From a virus (lineage: Duplodnaviria; Caudoviricetes), in the IMG/VR virus record IMGVR_UViG_3300037100_000035, positions 1-25,360 of that record: DNA of 25,360 nt. The stretch is one strand, 5' to 3'. Shown in pieces: positions 8,363 through 17,509 of this stretch. Position numbers and translations under genes: made by a program. The stretch's first letter is position 1, and the number at the start of each line of letters is the position of its first letter. The notes beneath the pieces were generated by a model that saw nothing but the letters and a program-made list of their open reading frames with translations, was not told where the DNA came from and ran no database searches.

Positions 8363-10273
8363 TCAATGGCCGCCGGCCGTCGGCATCGGGCTGGCAATCC
8401 TGACCGGCGACGTGGTGGCGATGCCGCTGGCTGTCGACGTGGCGTTGACGGCGCCGGTTCTGGCATTCACATCGACACTGACATGCACGGCGCCGACGAA
8501 TTGCTGGGCGGCCGCGCCCCGGCGCATGTCTTCAGCAATGCCGCCGGCCGGCACCTCAAAGCCACGCGAGAAGATCGCGCCTGATTGCGCCGAGCCCTGG
8601 CCCCGCATCGCCCGCAGCGCCGCCTGCATCGCCGGTTCGTTCCAGGCAAAGTTCAACTGATCGATGACGCCTGGCGTCGGACCATACTGTGCCTGCAGAG
8701 CTTTCATGCGGGGACCGTGTTCCTGGAACAGCCCGAGCGAGGTGTAATGGCCTTCCTTGTCGGGATCGCCCAGCGCGTTCGGATTGAAGCCGCTTTCGGC
8801 TTGGATGTTCGCCAGGATGCCGGCGATGTTTTCCTCCGGCACGCCCTTGGCGGCGAAGAAATCGTGCACCTGCGTCATCACGTCTGACGGCCCAGACCCC
8901 GTTTGCGGCAGACCGATCGCATCACGCGGCGGCGCCTGAAGCCTGGCGTCACCGCCACCCCATCCGTCGAACAGGCCGGGGCCCGGTTCGAACAGACGCT
9001 GCCACCAGCTCCGCGTATCCTGCTCGGCGTTTGGTGTCGGCTGGTTGAGGTACTCCCGAAACGACTGTCCGGCCTTATAGGGAACGTCGTGGATCCAGTA
9101 TTTCAGTTCTTTGAGAAAGGCGATCTCGCGTTCGAACGCTTCGGAAAACTTCCATTTTGAAATTTCGTCCCCGAACTGCGCCGCTCTGGTCGCCAGGTCG
9201 GCAACCTCGCCGCCGATCGTCTTCAGCGTTTCGCCAAATTCCGTGAAGTCCTTCGCGCTGAGCGAGTTGACCCAGGCGGTGAAACGATCGAACCCCTTGG
9301 TCAGCGGCGTCCAGTCCAGGTCGTTGGTGAGCCAATTCTCCAGCCGTGTCGCCAGCGTGCCGATCCAGCGGGAAAAGTCCGGGGCGATCCGGGCGATCCA
9401 GGTGGCGAAGCCCTCGCTCATCCGGGTGAACTGCGGCGACACCGCATCGGCGAGCCTGTTGGCAAAGCCCTCGGCGGCGATCGCGACACTCTGAAAACCT
9501 TCGTGCAACGCCTCCGCGCGTTGCAGCATCTGCGGTGAGATCACGCCGCCGAGCCGCTTGGTCTTGGCCACCAGGGCATCGATGCCGGCGCCGCCCTTCA
9601 GCAGCACCGGAAACAGCCCCTCCAGCCCCAGATTCTGCGCCGCCCGCAACGCCGCGCCGCGGCCCTCGGTCTTGTCCAGGCGCTGGATGCCGTTGGCCAC
9701 CTCGCGGATCGCCTCATCGGCGGTGCGGGCATGCTTGCCGATCTCGCCGAAACTCACGCCCAAGGCATTGAACGTCTGGATCTTCAAGCCGTCGCCGCGA
9801 AAAGTCGCACTGCGCAACCCTTCGTCGAGCGCCTGCAGACCGCTGCTCATGTCTTCAGCGGTGACACCGCCCAGTTTCGCCGCGCCTTGCAGCTCGGTTA
9901 GCCGGTCCACCGGGATGCCCAGCCGCTGGCCGAGGTTGCCGGCGCTCTGGCCGACGTTGGCGAAACGGTTCTCCAGGGCGAGCAGCCCGCCCAGGGTGAC
10001 CGCCCCGGTGATCAGCCCGATCGCCGGGGCAATGCGCTCCATCGAGCGCGCCACGTCGCGTGTGTGCGACCCAAGGCTGCTCATCCCATCGGACAACTTG
10101 TTCAGGCCGAACACGTTGCTCGCCGCGCGGTTGGTCATCTGGCCGAAGCGCTGCGTCGGCCCCGCCAGACCTTGCAGGTTGCGGGTGACCCGGTTGATCA
10201 CCGCCGTCGCATTGTCGACGGCCATGATCGGGATGGAGATGCCACCGACCGTGGTGCCTGCGGTTCCCGACAT
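8363..10273 (-). CDS. Tail tape measure protein with C-terminal phage-tail lysozyme domain
   Basis: Helical Ala/Gly/Leu-rich N-terminal two-thirds (AVDNATAVI..., LTELQGAAKLGGV). C-terminal IAGILANIQAESGFNPNA...GLFQ...FSRGFEVPA. GGAGG RBS; lies between the chaperone and gpN. Confidence 0.88.
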   Translation of the reverse strand: MSGTAGTTVGGISIPIMAVDNATAVINRVTRNLQGLAGPTQRFGQMTNRAASNVFGLNKLSDGMSSLGSHTRDVARSMERIAPAIGLITGAVTLGGLLALENRFANVGQSAGNLGQRLGIPVDRLTELQGAAKLGGVTAEDMSSGLQALDEGLRSATFRGDGLKIQTFNALGVSFGEIGKHARTADEAIREVANGIQRLDKTEGRGAALRAAQNLGLEGLFPVLLKGGAGIDALVAKTKRLGGVISPQMLQRAEALHEGFQSVAIAAEGFANRLADAVSPQFTRMSEGFATWIARIAPDFSRWIGTLATRLENWLTNDLDWTPLTKGFDRFTAWVNSLSAKDFTEFGETLKTIGGEVADLATRAAQFGDEISKWKFSEAFEREIAFLKELKYWIHDVPYKAGQSFREYLNQPTPNAEQDTRSWWQRLFEPGPGLFDGWGGGDARLQAPPRDAIGLPQTGSGPSDVMTQVHDFFAAKGVPEENIAGILANIQAESGFNPNALGDPDKEGHYTSLGLFQEHGPRMKALQAQYGPTPGVIDQLNFAWNEPAMQAALRAMRGQGSAQSGAIFSRGFEVPAGGIAEDMRRGAAAQQFVGAVHVSVDVNARTGAVNATSTASGIATTSPVRIASPMPTAGGH

Positions 10274-10276
10274 CGT

Positions 10277-10519
10277 TCACCTCCCAGCCGGATCGAAGGC
10301 GCGCACCCTGGGCACCAGGCGTTGCCAGAGCGCCAGCTGCGGCAGTGGCAACCCCAGTCCCCAGCGCAGCGGTTCGCCGTAGAACCGCGCCACGGCCGCC
10401 GCGCACACCAGCAGATCCTCCGACGCGGCCAGATGTTGCAGGACGGGGATGCCTGCCGTCAGGCAGCCGGGGACGCGGAACCCGCCGACACATCGGCGGT
10501 GGCGTTTGGCGCCAAAGGG
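10277..10519 (-). CDS. Putative -1 frameshift extension of the tail assembly chaperone (GT/E+E'-type)
   Basis: An 81-codon open -1 frame runs from slippery heptamer C CCT TTG (10519-10513) to TGA (10279-10277), ending EDLLVCAAAVARFYGEPLRWGLGLPLPQLALWQRLVPRVRAFDPAGR. It fills the gap before the tape measure gene. Confidence 0.65.
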   Translation of the reverse strand, partial: PFGAKRHRRCVGGFRVPGCLTAGIPVLQHLAASEDLLVCAAAVARFYGEPLRWGLGLPLPQLALWQRLVPRVRAFDPAGR

Positions 10520-10800
10520 TCGGGCAGCGGTGACCCCGAGAACGATTCGAAGTACTGGCTCATCTGCTCGATCTGCCAGGCCGGCACGCTCAGCAGCGCC
10601 TCGTAGGGGATGGTCTCGCCGCTGATGGCCGAGATCAGCCGCAGCGCCGTTGCCAGCCCGGACTGGCCGGGCACCGCGGTCGCCTTGATGATGTCGCCGG
10701 CGGCCGGCGCGCGCAGCGTGATGGTGGTATAGGTGGTCCCGCCATAGGCGACCGGCTTGATCGTCCAGACGACGGGTTCAGGGGGTGCTGTCCAGGCCAT
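10459..10800 (-). CDS. Tail assembly chaperone (Mu gp41-like)
   Basis: 113 aa between tube and tape measure; KPVAYGGTTYTTITLRAPAAGDI motif. Confidence 0.82.
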   Translation of the reverse strand: MAWTAPPEPVVWTIKPVAYGGTTYTTITLRAPAAGDIIKATAVPGQSGLATALRLISAISGETIPYEALLSVPAWQIEQMSQYFESFSGSPLPDPLAPNATADVSAGSASPAA

Positions 10801-10803
10801 CGG

Positions 10804-11202
10804 CTACGGTCCCTGCTCCTGCACGGAACCCCAGACGCCCTCGAACTTGAAGTCGAACGTCGCGTCCATGCCGGCGACTTCCTGCTCGCCGGTGTTCCAC
10901 AGCCCATGGCCGACGATGGACTTGCCGTTGGCCAGCTGGAACACGATCGTGGCACCCGTCATGCCGTTGAACGAGGTCACGTTGACGGTCGAGGCATCGC
11001 GGAACTTGCCCGCCACATAGGGCGCCTTCGGCATCTCCGAGTAGCCGTCTACACCGCTCATGCTGATCAGCGTCTCGCGTTTGATCGTGCCGGGCGACCA
11101 GCTGAACTCGGTGACGTTGTAGACCGTGCCATTGATCGAGGCGACGGTGATACCGGCCAGCCGGCGGTTGGTCGGCGTCGTCGGTGTGGTTGTTGCGCTC
11201 AT
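10804..11202 (-). CDS. Tail tube protein (Mu gpM-like)
   Basis: Start corrected to ATG 11202 (GGAGGAG RBS). RLAGITVASING...KRETLISMSGVDGYSEMP...TIVFQLANGK...FKFEG. Confidence 0.9.
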   Translation of the reverse strand: MSATTTPTTPTNRRLAGITVASINGTVYNVTEFSWSPGTIKRETLISMSGVDGYSEMPKAPYVAGKFRDASTVNVTSFNGMTGATIVFQLANGKSIVGHGLWNTGEQEVAGMDATFDFKFEGVWGSVQEQGP

Positions 11203-11215
11203 GGGGCTCCTCCGG

Positions 11216-12700
11216 TTAGGTGGTCTGCTGGAAGGCGATGAGCGCGGCGACTTGAAGGACTTGGTCCGTGAAGTCGATCGGCAAAAATAACAAAACCTGA
11301 CCCTTCTGGCCTTTCTGCGCGTAGCCGTTGGCGGCGAAGGTGGCGGGGTTCTGCACCACGTTCTGCGAGGCGAGATAGGCATACATGCCGCAGACGCCCT
11401 GGAAGATCAGCGAGGGTGTGGTCGCCGACGATCCGGCGGAAATCACCGCGCCGTCATCGATCAGGATCTTGTTCTGATACTGCGTCAGAACGTTGGCGGT
11501 GAGGTAGCGCGCCACCGCCATCGCCTGGAACAAGAGGTTGGTGTTGAGATAGCTGTCGTCCGACTGGCCGGCGGCGTTGGTCTGGTAAGTGGTGATCGAG
11601 CGGCCGATGCGGCATTGGCCGGTGGCATCGACGGTGAAGGTGCTGATCCCGTCATAGAGCAGCACATCCATCTCGGCCGGCGTATCCTGCGAGGCGATCG
11701 GCGGGGCCAGCAGTCCGAGCGGCTGGCCGATCACGCCAATCGCCGGATTGGCGCGATAGATGACGGCGTGCGCGCCGGCCCAGTCCGCCGCCGCCAGCCA
11801 CGCCGGGGTCGGGCTGTCGTAGTAGCCCAGGATGGTTTCATGCTGGCTGTTGTTCGTCACACCGAACGTGCTGCGTGTGCCGACTGAGCCTCTGAAGGCA
11901 TAGAAGGCGTGCCCGTACAGCGCCTCGACGGCGCTCCAGCGGCCCGACTGGTCCGACAGCAGGGCGCTGACCGCGGCCATGGAGAGGCTATCGGTGTAGG
12001 GCACCGCGATGAAGTCGAACGTGGTCGAGCCCAGGTTGGCGAGTGGCGGGGTCAGAACCGGGTTCAGCAGGCCACCGGCAAACGCCGTGATGGTCACACC
12101 GACACCGGCCGGCGTGACCTCGTTGTTGCGCCCGGCGCGATAGTTCAGCCGCAGATCGATGTCGTTCAGCGCCGCGCCTCTGTGCAGCGCGGTCAACGTC
12201 ACCGTGCCGGCGGCCGCTGTCGCCGTGCAGGGCAGATTAGCGATCAGCGCCATGTCGGCCACCAGATTGGCGGCGATGGTGGCGGCGGTGTCGCCGACAG
12301 TGACCGCCACACCGACCAGGATGCCGGCGATGTAGAGCGACAGCAGCCCCGACGTGGTGGCCGGGCCGGTGAAAGCGATCGTCGCCGTCGCCGCGGTGCC
12401 GGCGGCATTATCGGCCAGCGGCAGGATCCAGACCTCGCCAAAGCCGTCCTGCAGACGATAGGTCTGATACATCAGCGTCAGCATCGCGTTGAGGCCGCAC
12501 AGCGCGCTCACCTGCGCCTGCGAGTAGGCCAGGATCGGCTGGTTGAGCACCGCCGAGCCGCTGGCAAGCACCTGGCCGATCAGCAACGCCCGCTGATTGG
12601 GCGCCGCGGTGTTGGCCTGGTTGGCGTTGAACTCGGGGTAAAACCCCGGCACGCGCCAGCTCGCGGCGGGAAAGTACTGGAAACTGATCGAGCCGGACAT
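11216..12700 (-). CDS. Contractile tail sheath protein (Mu gpL-like)
   Basis: 494 aa; RVPGFYPEFNA..A, RALLIGQ, FDFIAVPYTD, GRWS, LLYDGISTF, ITTYQTNAAGQSDDSYL. Confidence 0.94.
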   Translation of the reverse strand: MSGSISFQYFPAASWRVPGFYPEFNANQANTAAPNQRALLIGQVLASGSAVLNQPILAYSQAQVSALCGLNAMLTLMYQTYRLQDGFGEVWILPLADNAAGTAATATIAFTGPATTSGLLSLYIAGILVGVAVTVGDTAATIAANLVADMALIANLPCTATAAAGTVTLTALHRGAALNDIDLRLNYRAGRNNEVTPAGVGVTITAFAGGLLNPVLTPPLANLGSTTFDFIAVPYTDSLSMAAVSALLSDQSGRWSAVEALYGHAFYAFRGSVGTRSTFGVTNNSQHETILGYYDSPTPAWLAAADWAGAHAVIYRANPAIGVIGQPLGLLAPPIASQDTPAEMDVLLYDGISTFTVDATGQCRIGRSITTYQTNAAGQSDDSYLNTNLLFQAMAVARYLTANVLTQYQNKILIDDGAVISAGSSATTPSLIFQGVCGMYAYLASQNVVQNPATFAANGYAQKGQKGQVLLFLPIDFTDQVLQVAALIAFQQTT

Positions 12701-12704
12701 CGCC

Positions 12705-12872
12705 TTACTCCTTCGCCGGGGTGGTCTTGACCGTCACGACGTCGCCCTGCTGTTCACGGCGGATCCAGTACGGATCGGTGTCGCTGACCTCGATGCCCTC
12801 GGGCGGCAGCGGGCGCTTGGCGCCGCGCCCTGGGGGGAGCACGCGCACGCCAGCCTTCGGTTTGACGATCAT
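12705..12872 (-). CDS. DUF2635 family small tail protein (Mu gp38-like)
   Basis: Likely ATG 12872 after GAGAGG. MIVKPKAGVRV...LPPEGIEV...YWIRREQQGDV; immediately upstream of the sheath gene. Confidence 0.85.
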   Translation of the reverse strand: MIVKPKAGVRVLPPGRGAKRPLPPEGIEVSDTDPYWIRREQQGDVVTVKTTPAKE

Positions 12873-12948
12873 TGGATACCTCTCGGTCAAAATTCGTTGC
12901 GGATTGCCGCATGACTGGCATTGCTTTACCGCCGGTCAAGCCGGTTGC

Positions 12949-13449
12949 TCAGGGCCCCACGACCGAGAAGTTGCCGGTCACGCCGGCCACCGCGAGCGAG
13001 CCAACCGGGCCGTATTCCTGGAACACGACCATCTCGAAGGTCAGCACGATTTCGCCGATGTGCTGGCGCGCCTCGGAGCTGAGCGTGGTGGTCACCTCGA
13101 CGGTCTGCACTTGCTGGATCGCGTGGTTCAACCCGTAGTCGGTGCAAAGCGCGTCGATGACCTGTTCGCGCAGGGTCTCCATGGCAGGACCAAGCAGCCC
13201 GGGCATCGGCGCGACCAGCCGGCCGACGACGACGAGCGTCAGCGTCGCGTCGAACTGATAGGTGCCCGGAAACTTGTTGACCTTGCGCTCACGCGGCGCA
13301 TGCACCATCAGCATCGGAAACAGCTTGGGATCGGTTGGCCAGTCGCCCCAGGGAAAGACGCTGGCGCCCACCAGGGTATTGGCCGCGATCAGCGCCTCGG
13401 TCGCCATCACCCGCAGCTGCGCCCCCGAGATGCCATCAGTCAGCGGCAT
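12949..13449 (-). CDS. Putative tail terminator/completion protein
   Basis: 166 aa, coupled (TGATG) to the head-tail joining gene and preceding the DUF2635/sheath genes. Function is inferred from position. Confidence 0.65.
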   Translation of the reverse strand: MPLTDGISGAQLRVMATEALIAANTLVGASVFPWGDWPTDPKLFPMLMVHAPRERKVNKFPGTYQFDATLTLVVVGRLVAPMPGLLGPAMETLREQVIDALCTDYGLNHAIQQVQTVEVTTTLSSEARQHIGEIVLTFEMVVFQEYGPVGSLAVAGVTGNFSVVGP

Positions 13450-13814
13450 CAGCCCGTGCCCCGGTCCAGCTCATTGAGCAAGAGCCGCGCCCAGCCGTGG
13501 CCGTCCGGGCGCACCTCCTTGACGATGTAGAGCGCGCCGCGGACGACCAGCGTATCGCTCTGGGTCGGATAGGTGCCCGCCGGGAACTGCGACAGCTGCA
13601 CGCCGAGCACCGGACGCTCCGCGCTGACCGCGCTGCCCAGCATGTGATCGGAGAATGTGGCCTCGCCGGCGGCGACGACGATCAACTCGCGGTACGCCTC
13701 GTCGAACACGCCGACGATGGCAAAACTGGCGGCCTGAGTGGAATAGGTGACCGGTTCGCCGAACCGGGCGACGGTCGGCCCGATCAGCAGGGTGTCCCAG
13801 TCGACCGCCATCAC
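13449..13814 (-). CDS. Head-tail joining protein (gpFII-like)
   Basis: VDWD...FGEPVTY...IVGVFDEAY...YIVKEVRPDGHGWARLLL; position after the capsid gene. Confidence 0.8.
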   Translation of the reverse strand: MMAVDWDTLLIGPTVARFGEPVTYSTQAASFAIVGVFDEAYRELIVVAAGEATFSDHMLGSAVSAERPVLGVQLSQFPAGTYPTQSDTLVVRGALYIVKEVRPDGHGWARLLLNELDRGTG

Positions 13815-14062
13815 AGCGGCCTGACCACGCCGTTGACCGGCCCGTTGAACTGCGGGCCGATGCCGGGCGTCAGCTGCGGCACGCGCGGATCGACCAGGAA
13901 GCCGGTGCTCAGCAGATGGGCGTGTTCATCGACGCTCAGCTGCAGCACCGTGCCCGGGCCATGGGCGCGACCGGCGTGCATGACGGTGCGCCCGCGCGCC
14001 ACCGTGGCGGTGAGCAGCGACGCCGCGGCCGGCGCCGGCTCGGCGGTCTTGGCCGCGGCCAT
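13811..14062 (-). CDS. Small hypothetical protein after the major capsid gene (gpFI-position)
   Basis: 83 aa, coupled to the MCP stop (TGATG) and to the next gene (ATGA); ATVARGRTV...GPG...HLLSTGFLVDP. Confidence 0.7.
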   Translation of the reverse strand: MAAAKTAEPAPAAASLLTATVARGRTVMHAGRAHGPGTVLQLSVDEHAHLLSTGFLVDPRVPQLTPGIGPQFNGPVNGVVRPL

Positions 14063-15141
14063 CAGTTGATCGTCCCGGCGCAGACCGTCGCCGTCAGCGC
14101 GGCATTGACGCGCGAGGGGATGACGATCGGGCTGCTTTGCATCAGCAGGAAGCGCTGCGCCGGATCCTGCTCGATCCAGGTCTTCGGCGCGAAGGGCAGC
14201 GCTTCGTAATTGAAGGCCGGGTCAAGGATCTGGCCGAATGCCCGCGTGCCCATCAGGTCGGGTCCGGTCATGACCACCGTGCCGTCGGGGATCATCGGCT
14301 GCAGCACGTTGTTATCGTCGACATACCAGTCGTTGTAGAGCCACAGGTCGTATTGCCCCCAGTGACCCTTGTAGGCCGCACCCGGCTTGATCCGCGCGCC
14401 GGGATCGAGGCTGTTGCCGTAATCGCCCAGCTTCGGATAGTAGATCGCGCCCTGCACGCTCTCGGCCTGGAGAAACTTCAACCACGGTGTCGTGGTGAAC
14501 AGGATCGTGGTCGCGTTCGCGCCCGACAGTTTGAGGATCTGGTGCTGCCAGGTCTCGATCGAGGCGGTCGGAACCGGGTCGCGGCCGTCGGTGTTGAAGT
14601 TGGGCGTGTAGCCCCACGATTGGGCGCCGGTTCCCAGATTGAGGGTCAGCGCGGGGTTGCGGCCGAAGTCGATCAGCGAGGTCGGAAAGCCCTCACCCTG
14701 CACGGTGACCGTGCCGGTGGTCAGGACCTGCGCGGCCATCCATTCGAGGCGCCGGGTCAGCATGTCGATCTGATCGGTCATCTCGAACTCGAGGTTGGCC
14801 ATCTCGCGTTCGGCACCGGTCATGTCGCCGCCGATGCGTTCGCCGATCATGCGCCGGATTGGCTTGCGCAGATCGGGCGCCCGCTTGTCCTTGATGTACG
14901 CCGGTTTGAAGCTGTTGGTCTGGATCCGGCGCTGTTCGACCAGCTTGCCTTCGACCAAAGGCGAAACGAAAGGCGACATGCGCCGGGCACCCACGTCAAC
15001 ATCAATCGAGACGAACTCGCTGTCCGACGTGACGACGTTGGGGAAGAAGGTGTCGAGCAGGAATGACTGCGCGCGCAGCAGGTTGGGGACAACCTGAATC
15101 AGCGTATTCGTGTCATAGATCAGGTTGCCCTGGGACGCCAT
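14062..15141 (-). CDS. Major capsid protein (lambda gpE family)
   Basis: ATG 15141 with GGAGG at 15151-15147. FLLDTFFP, RRMSPFVSPLVEG, FKPAYIKDK, RRLEWMAAQVL..G, PKTWIEQDPAQRFLLMQSSP. Confidence 0.95.
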   Translation of the reverse strand: MASQGNLIYDTNTLIQVVPNLLRAQSFLLDTFFPNVVTSDSEFVSIDVDVGARRMSPFVSPLVEGKLVEQRRIQTNSFKPAYIKDKRAPDLRKPIRRMIGERIGGDMTGAEREMANLEFEMTDQIDMLTRRLEWMAAQVLTTGTVTVQGEGFPTSLIDFGRNPALTLNLGTGAQSWGYTPNFNTDGRDPVPTASIETWQHQILKLSGANATTILFTTTPWLKFLQAESVQGAIYYPKLGDYGNSLDPGARIKPGAAYKGHWGQYDLWLYNDWYVDDNNVLQPMIPDGTVVMTGPDLMGTRAFGQILDPAFNYEALPFAPKTWIEQDPAQRFLLMQSSPIVIPSRVNAALTATVCAGTIN

Positions 15142-15151
15142 GAGAACCTCC

Positions 15152-15177
15152 AAAAAAAATCCCGCCGCGGCGGGGTT
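15152..15177 (-). terminator. Intrinsic terminator-like hairpin directly upstream of the capsid RBS
   Basis: Minus strand AACCCCGC-CGCG-GCGGGA-TTTTTTTT, immediately followed by GGAGG-N5-ATG. Confidence 0.65.
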
Positions 15178-15204
15178 GTTCAGCCATCCGAAGCCAAGGC
15201 GCGA

Positions 15205-15909
15205 TCAGGCGAAGTTGGTGACCACGGTGCCGGCGTCCTGCGCCGAAACGACCGACTTCAGGTAGATCGCCCACGGCCGCAGCGCGGTGGTCAGCAACTC
15301 GGGCGTCCACGACGAATCGTAGCTGAGCGCGTTGGCGTTGAACTCGCCCATGACATAGGCGCCGGTGCGCACCGGGCCGTTGGACGCATCGGCGTAGTCG
15401 GCCAGGATCGCCACCGGCACCTGGCTGCCGTCGGAGGCGGTTCTGACGCAGGTGATAAAGCTGCCGATGGAATCAACGACCGCGAGCGTGAAGGTGTCGT
15501 TGGCGCCGAACGGATTGCCGCCTGGCGTGATGGTGAAGCTGAGCCCGCCGCCGCTATAGGCCGTGCCGGTGGTCGCCGGGGCCAGCGCCACACCTTCAGG
15601 ACTGGTCACGGTCCAGTTGGTCGGACTGGTCGCGGTCAGCACGTAGTTGCCGACCATCGCCCCGGTTGCCGGGACAATCGTATTGACGGTGCCGCTGCCG
15701 ACGTTGCTGCTGCCGGCGGTGACGATGGCGCTGTAGCTGGACTGCTGGCCGAGCACGGTGCCGCGCGGCAACTGCGCGCCGGCGGCCAGCACGATCGGCT
15801 GCGTCACCAGCTTGAGATTGCCGGCGATAAGCTGATCGGGAATGAACGTTTCGGCGCTGATGCCGGGCTGCTGCGGATTCTCGCCGATCGTCGATACGAT
15901 GAGGGTCAT
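15205..15909 (-). CDS. Head decoration protein (gpD-like, with internal beta-rich insertion)
   Basis: FIPDQLIAG...LPRGTVLG and ASDGSQVPVAILAD...YVMGEFNANAL flank a ~90-aa Gly/Thr/Ser-rich segment. AAGGAG RBS; precedes MCP. Confidence 0.88.
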   Translation of the reverse strand: MTLIVSTIGENPQQPGISAETFIPDQLIAGNLKLVTQPIVLAAGAQLPRGTVLGQQSSYSAIVTAGSSNVGSGTVNTIVPATGAMVGNYVLTATSPTNWTVTSPEGVALAPATTGTAYSGGGLSFTITPGGNPFGANDTFTLAVVDSIGSFITCVRTASDGSQVPVAILADYADASNGPVRTGAYVMGEFNANALSYDSSWTPELLTTALRPWAIYLKSVVSAQDAGTVVTNFA

Positions 15910-15962
15910 AAGTCAGAAGCTCCTTTTGAAGCAGGCTTGCGAGGCTCGGAACGTCGGGGGCC

Positions 15963-16583
15963 TCAGAAGGTCGGGGTTTCGCCGCGCCGCTTCTGTCCGG
16001 CGGCGAGGATCTGGGCGGCCAGCGCCTTGCCCGGGTCCTTCTCCTTCTCCCTTTCCGCGTCGGGGCCGACGTCGTAGCGCGGTTGCTGGGCCATCCGGCT
16101 TTTCAGGTCTGTGCGCGGCTTCTTCTCCGGCTCGGCCGCCGCGGGCTGGCCGGCGACAACGACGTTCAAAAGCTCGATCGCCGCCCTGGACGAGAGGTTG
16201 GTCTTGAACGCCAGATGGGCGGCGACGTCCTGGCGAACCCCGGCCGCGGCACAGGCAAAGATCCGCTCGCCACGGCTGTTGGCGCTTTCATCGTCCTCGT
16301 CGCTGCTGGCCCGGCGCTTGGCGCGGCGGCTCTTTTTGTCGTCCTCGTCATCATCCTTGTCGTCGGTCTCGGCCTTCTTGTCGTCCTCGTCGTCGTCGTC
16401 TTTGTCCTCGGCTTTTTGACTGTGACGGGCGTCCTTTTTGTCCTCGTCATCGTCCTTTTCGTCGTCGTCGTCCTTGGCCCGCTTGGCGCGCGCTTCCTCG
16501 TCCTTGTCGTCTTTCTCAACCTTGGCCTTGCGGCCCAGCAAGTGCGCGAACGTGGACCCGCCCGCCATCAGAGAGCTACGCAT
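15963..16583 (-). CDS. Highly charged scaffold-like protein (Nu3 position)
   Basis: Asp/Glu/Lys-rich low-complexity tract followed by ERIFACAAAG...AAHLAFKTNLS..AAIELL; between protease and decoration genes; AAGGA RBS. Confidence 0.7.
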   Translation of the reverse strand: MRSSLMAGGSTFAHLLGRKAKVEKDDKDEEARAKRAKDDDDEKDDDEDKKDARHSQKAEDKDDDDEDDKKAETDDKDDDEDDKKSRRAKRRASSDEDDESANSRGERIFACAAAGVRQDVAAHLAFKTNLSSRAAIELLNVVVAGQPAAAEPEKKPRTDLKSRMAQQPRYDVGPDAEREKEKDPGKALAAQILAAGQKRRGETPTF

Positions 16584-16609
16584 TGGAGTGGTCCTTTTGG
16601 TTGGAGGGG

Positions 16610-17494
16610 TTACGCCAGGGTGGCGATCAGATCGCGTAAGGCGGCGTCAGGCGACATCACGGCGTCGGCCAGACCAGCGGCAACACCCGCCTCGCCCAGA
16701 TACGTCGCGGCCTCGGTAGCGCGGACCTGATCGGCGGTCAGACCGCGGTTGCGTGCGACGGTCGAGACGAACAGCTCGCCCATCGCATCGACATCGGCTT
16801 GGTAGTTCTCAAGCGCCTCGGCACTCAGAGGCTTTTCAGGGTGGCCATCGGCCTTGCGCGCGCCGTAGTGGATGAAGGTGACTTCGATGCCGCCGGCCTT
16901 CAGCGCCCTGGAGAAATCGACGTGCATCGCGATGACGCCGATCGACCCGACACCGCCGGTGCGCGGCACAATGACGTGGTCAGCGGCGGAGGCAATCGCA
17001 TAGGCCGCGCTGTAGGCGGTCTCACTGAGGATGGCGACGATCGGCTTGGCGCCGCGCGCGGCATATATCTCGTCCACCAGATCGAACAGACCGGACACCT
17101 CGCCGCCGCCGCTGTCGCACTCCAGCACGATCGCTTTGGCCGCAGGATCCTCCAACGCGCCCTGGAATGCGCCGCGGATCGCATCGTAACCCTGCAGGCC
17201 GCTGTACGGCCGGATCGAGCCCAGCTTGGCGACCAGGGTGCCGCAGACCGGGATGATGGCCACGCCATTGAACAGGTCGTAACCGGGATCAGCCACTTCG
17301 CCCGCCCGGTCAAAGTCGTCGTCGTCGTTGCCATCGCGCCATGCCTGGATGCTCAGCGACTCACCGCTAAGCCGCGTGAGCGACACCACACCCATCCTCT
17401 CGGCGAGTGCGCCGATCACCACCTCCGCCCGACGCGGATGGATCGCCAGCGGCGTGTTGAACAACCGCTGTGAGAGGAACGGGAGGCGGTTCAT
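16610..17494 (-). CDS. S49 family prohead protease (lambda gpC-like)
   Basis: GVAIIPVCGTLV, DSGGGEV, AYSAAYAIASAAD, GVGSIGVI, FVSTVARNRG, AGLADAV. Confidence 0.94.
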   Translation of the reverse strand: MNRLPFLSQRLFNTPLAIHPRRAEVVIGALAERMGVVSLTRLSGESLSIQAWRDGNDDDDFDRAGEVADPGYDLFNGVAIIPVCGTLVAKLGSIRPYSGLQGYDAIRGAFQGALEDPAAKAIVLECDSGGGEVSGLFDLVDEIYAARGAKPIVAILSETAYSAAYAIASAADHVIVPRTGGVGSIGVIAMHVDFSRALKAGGIEVTFIHYGARKADGHPEKPLSAEALENYQADVDAMGELFVSTVARNRGLTADQVRATEAATYLGEAGVAAGLADAVMSPDAALRDLIATLA

Positions 17495-17509
17495 GTCGCC
17501 TCGTCTGAC

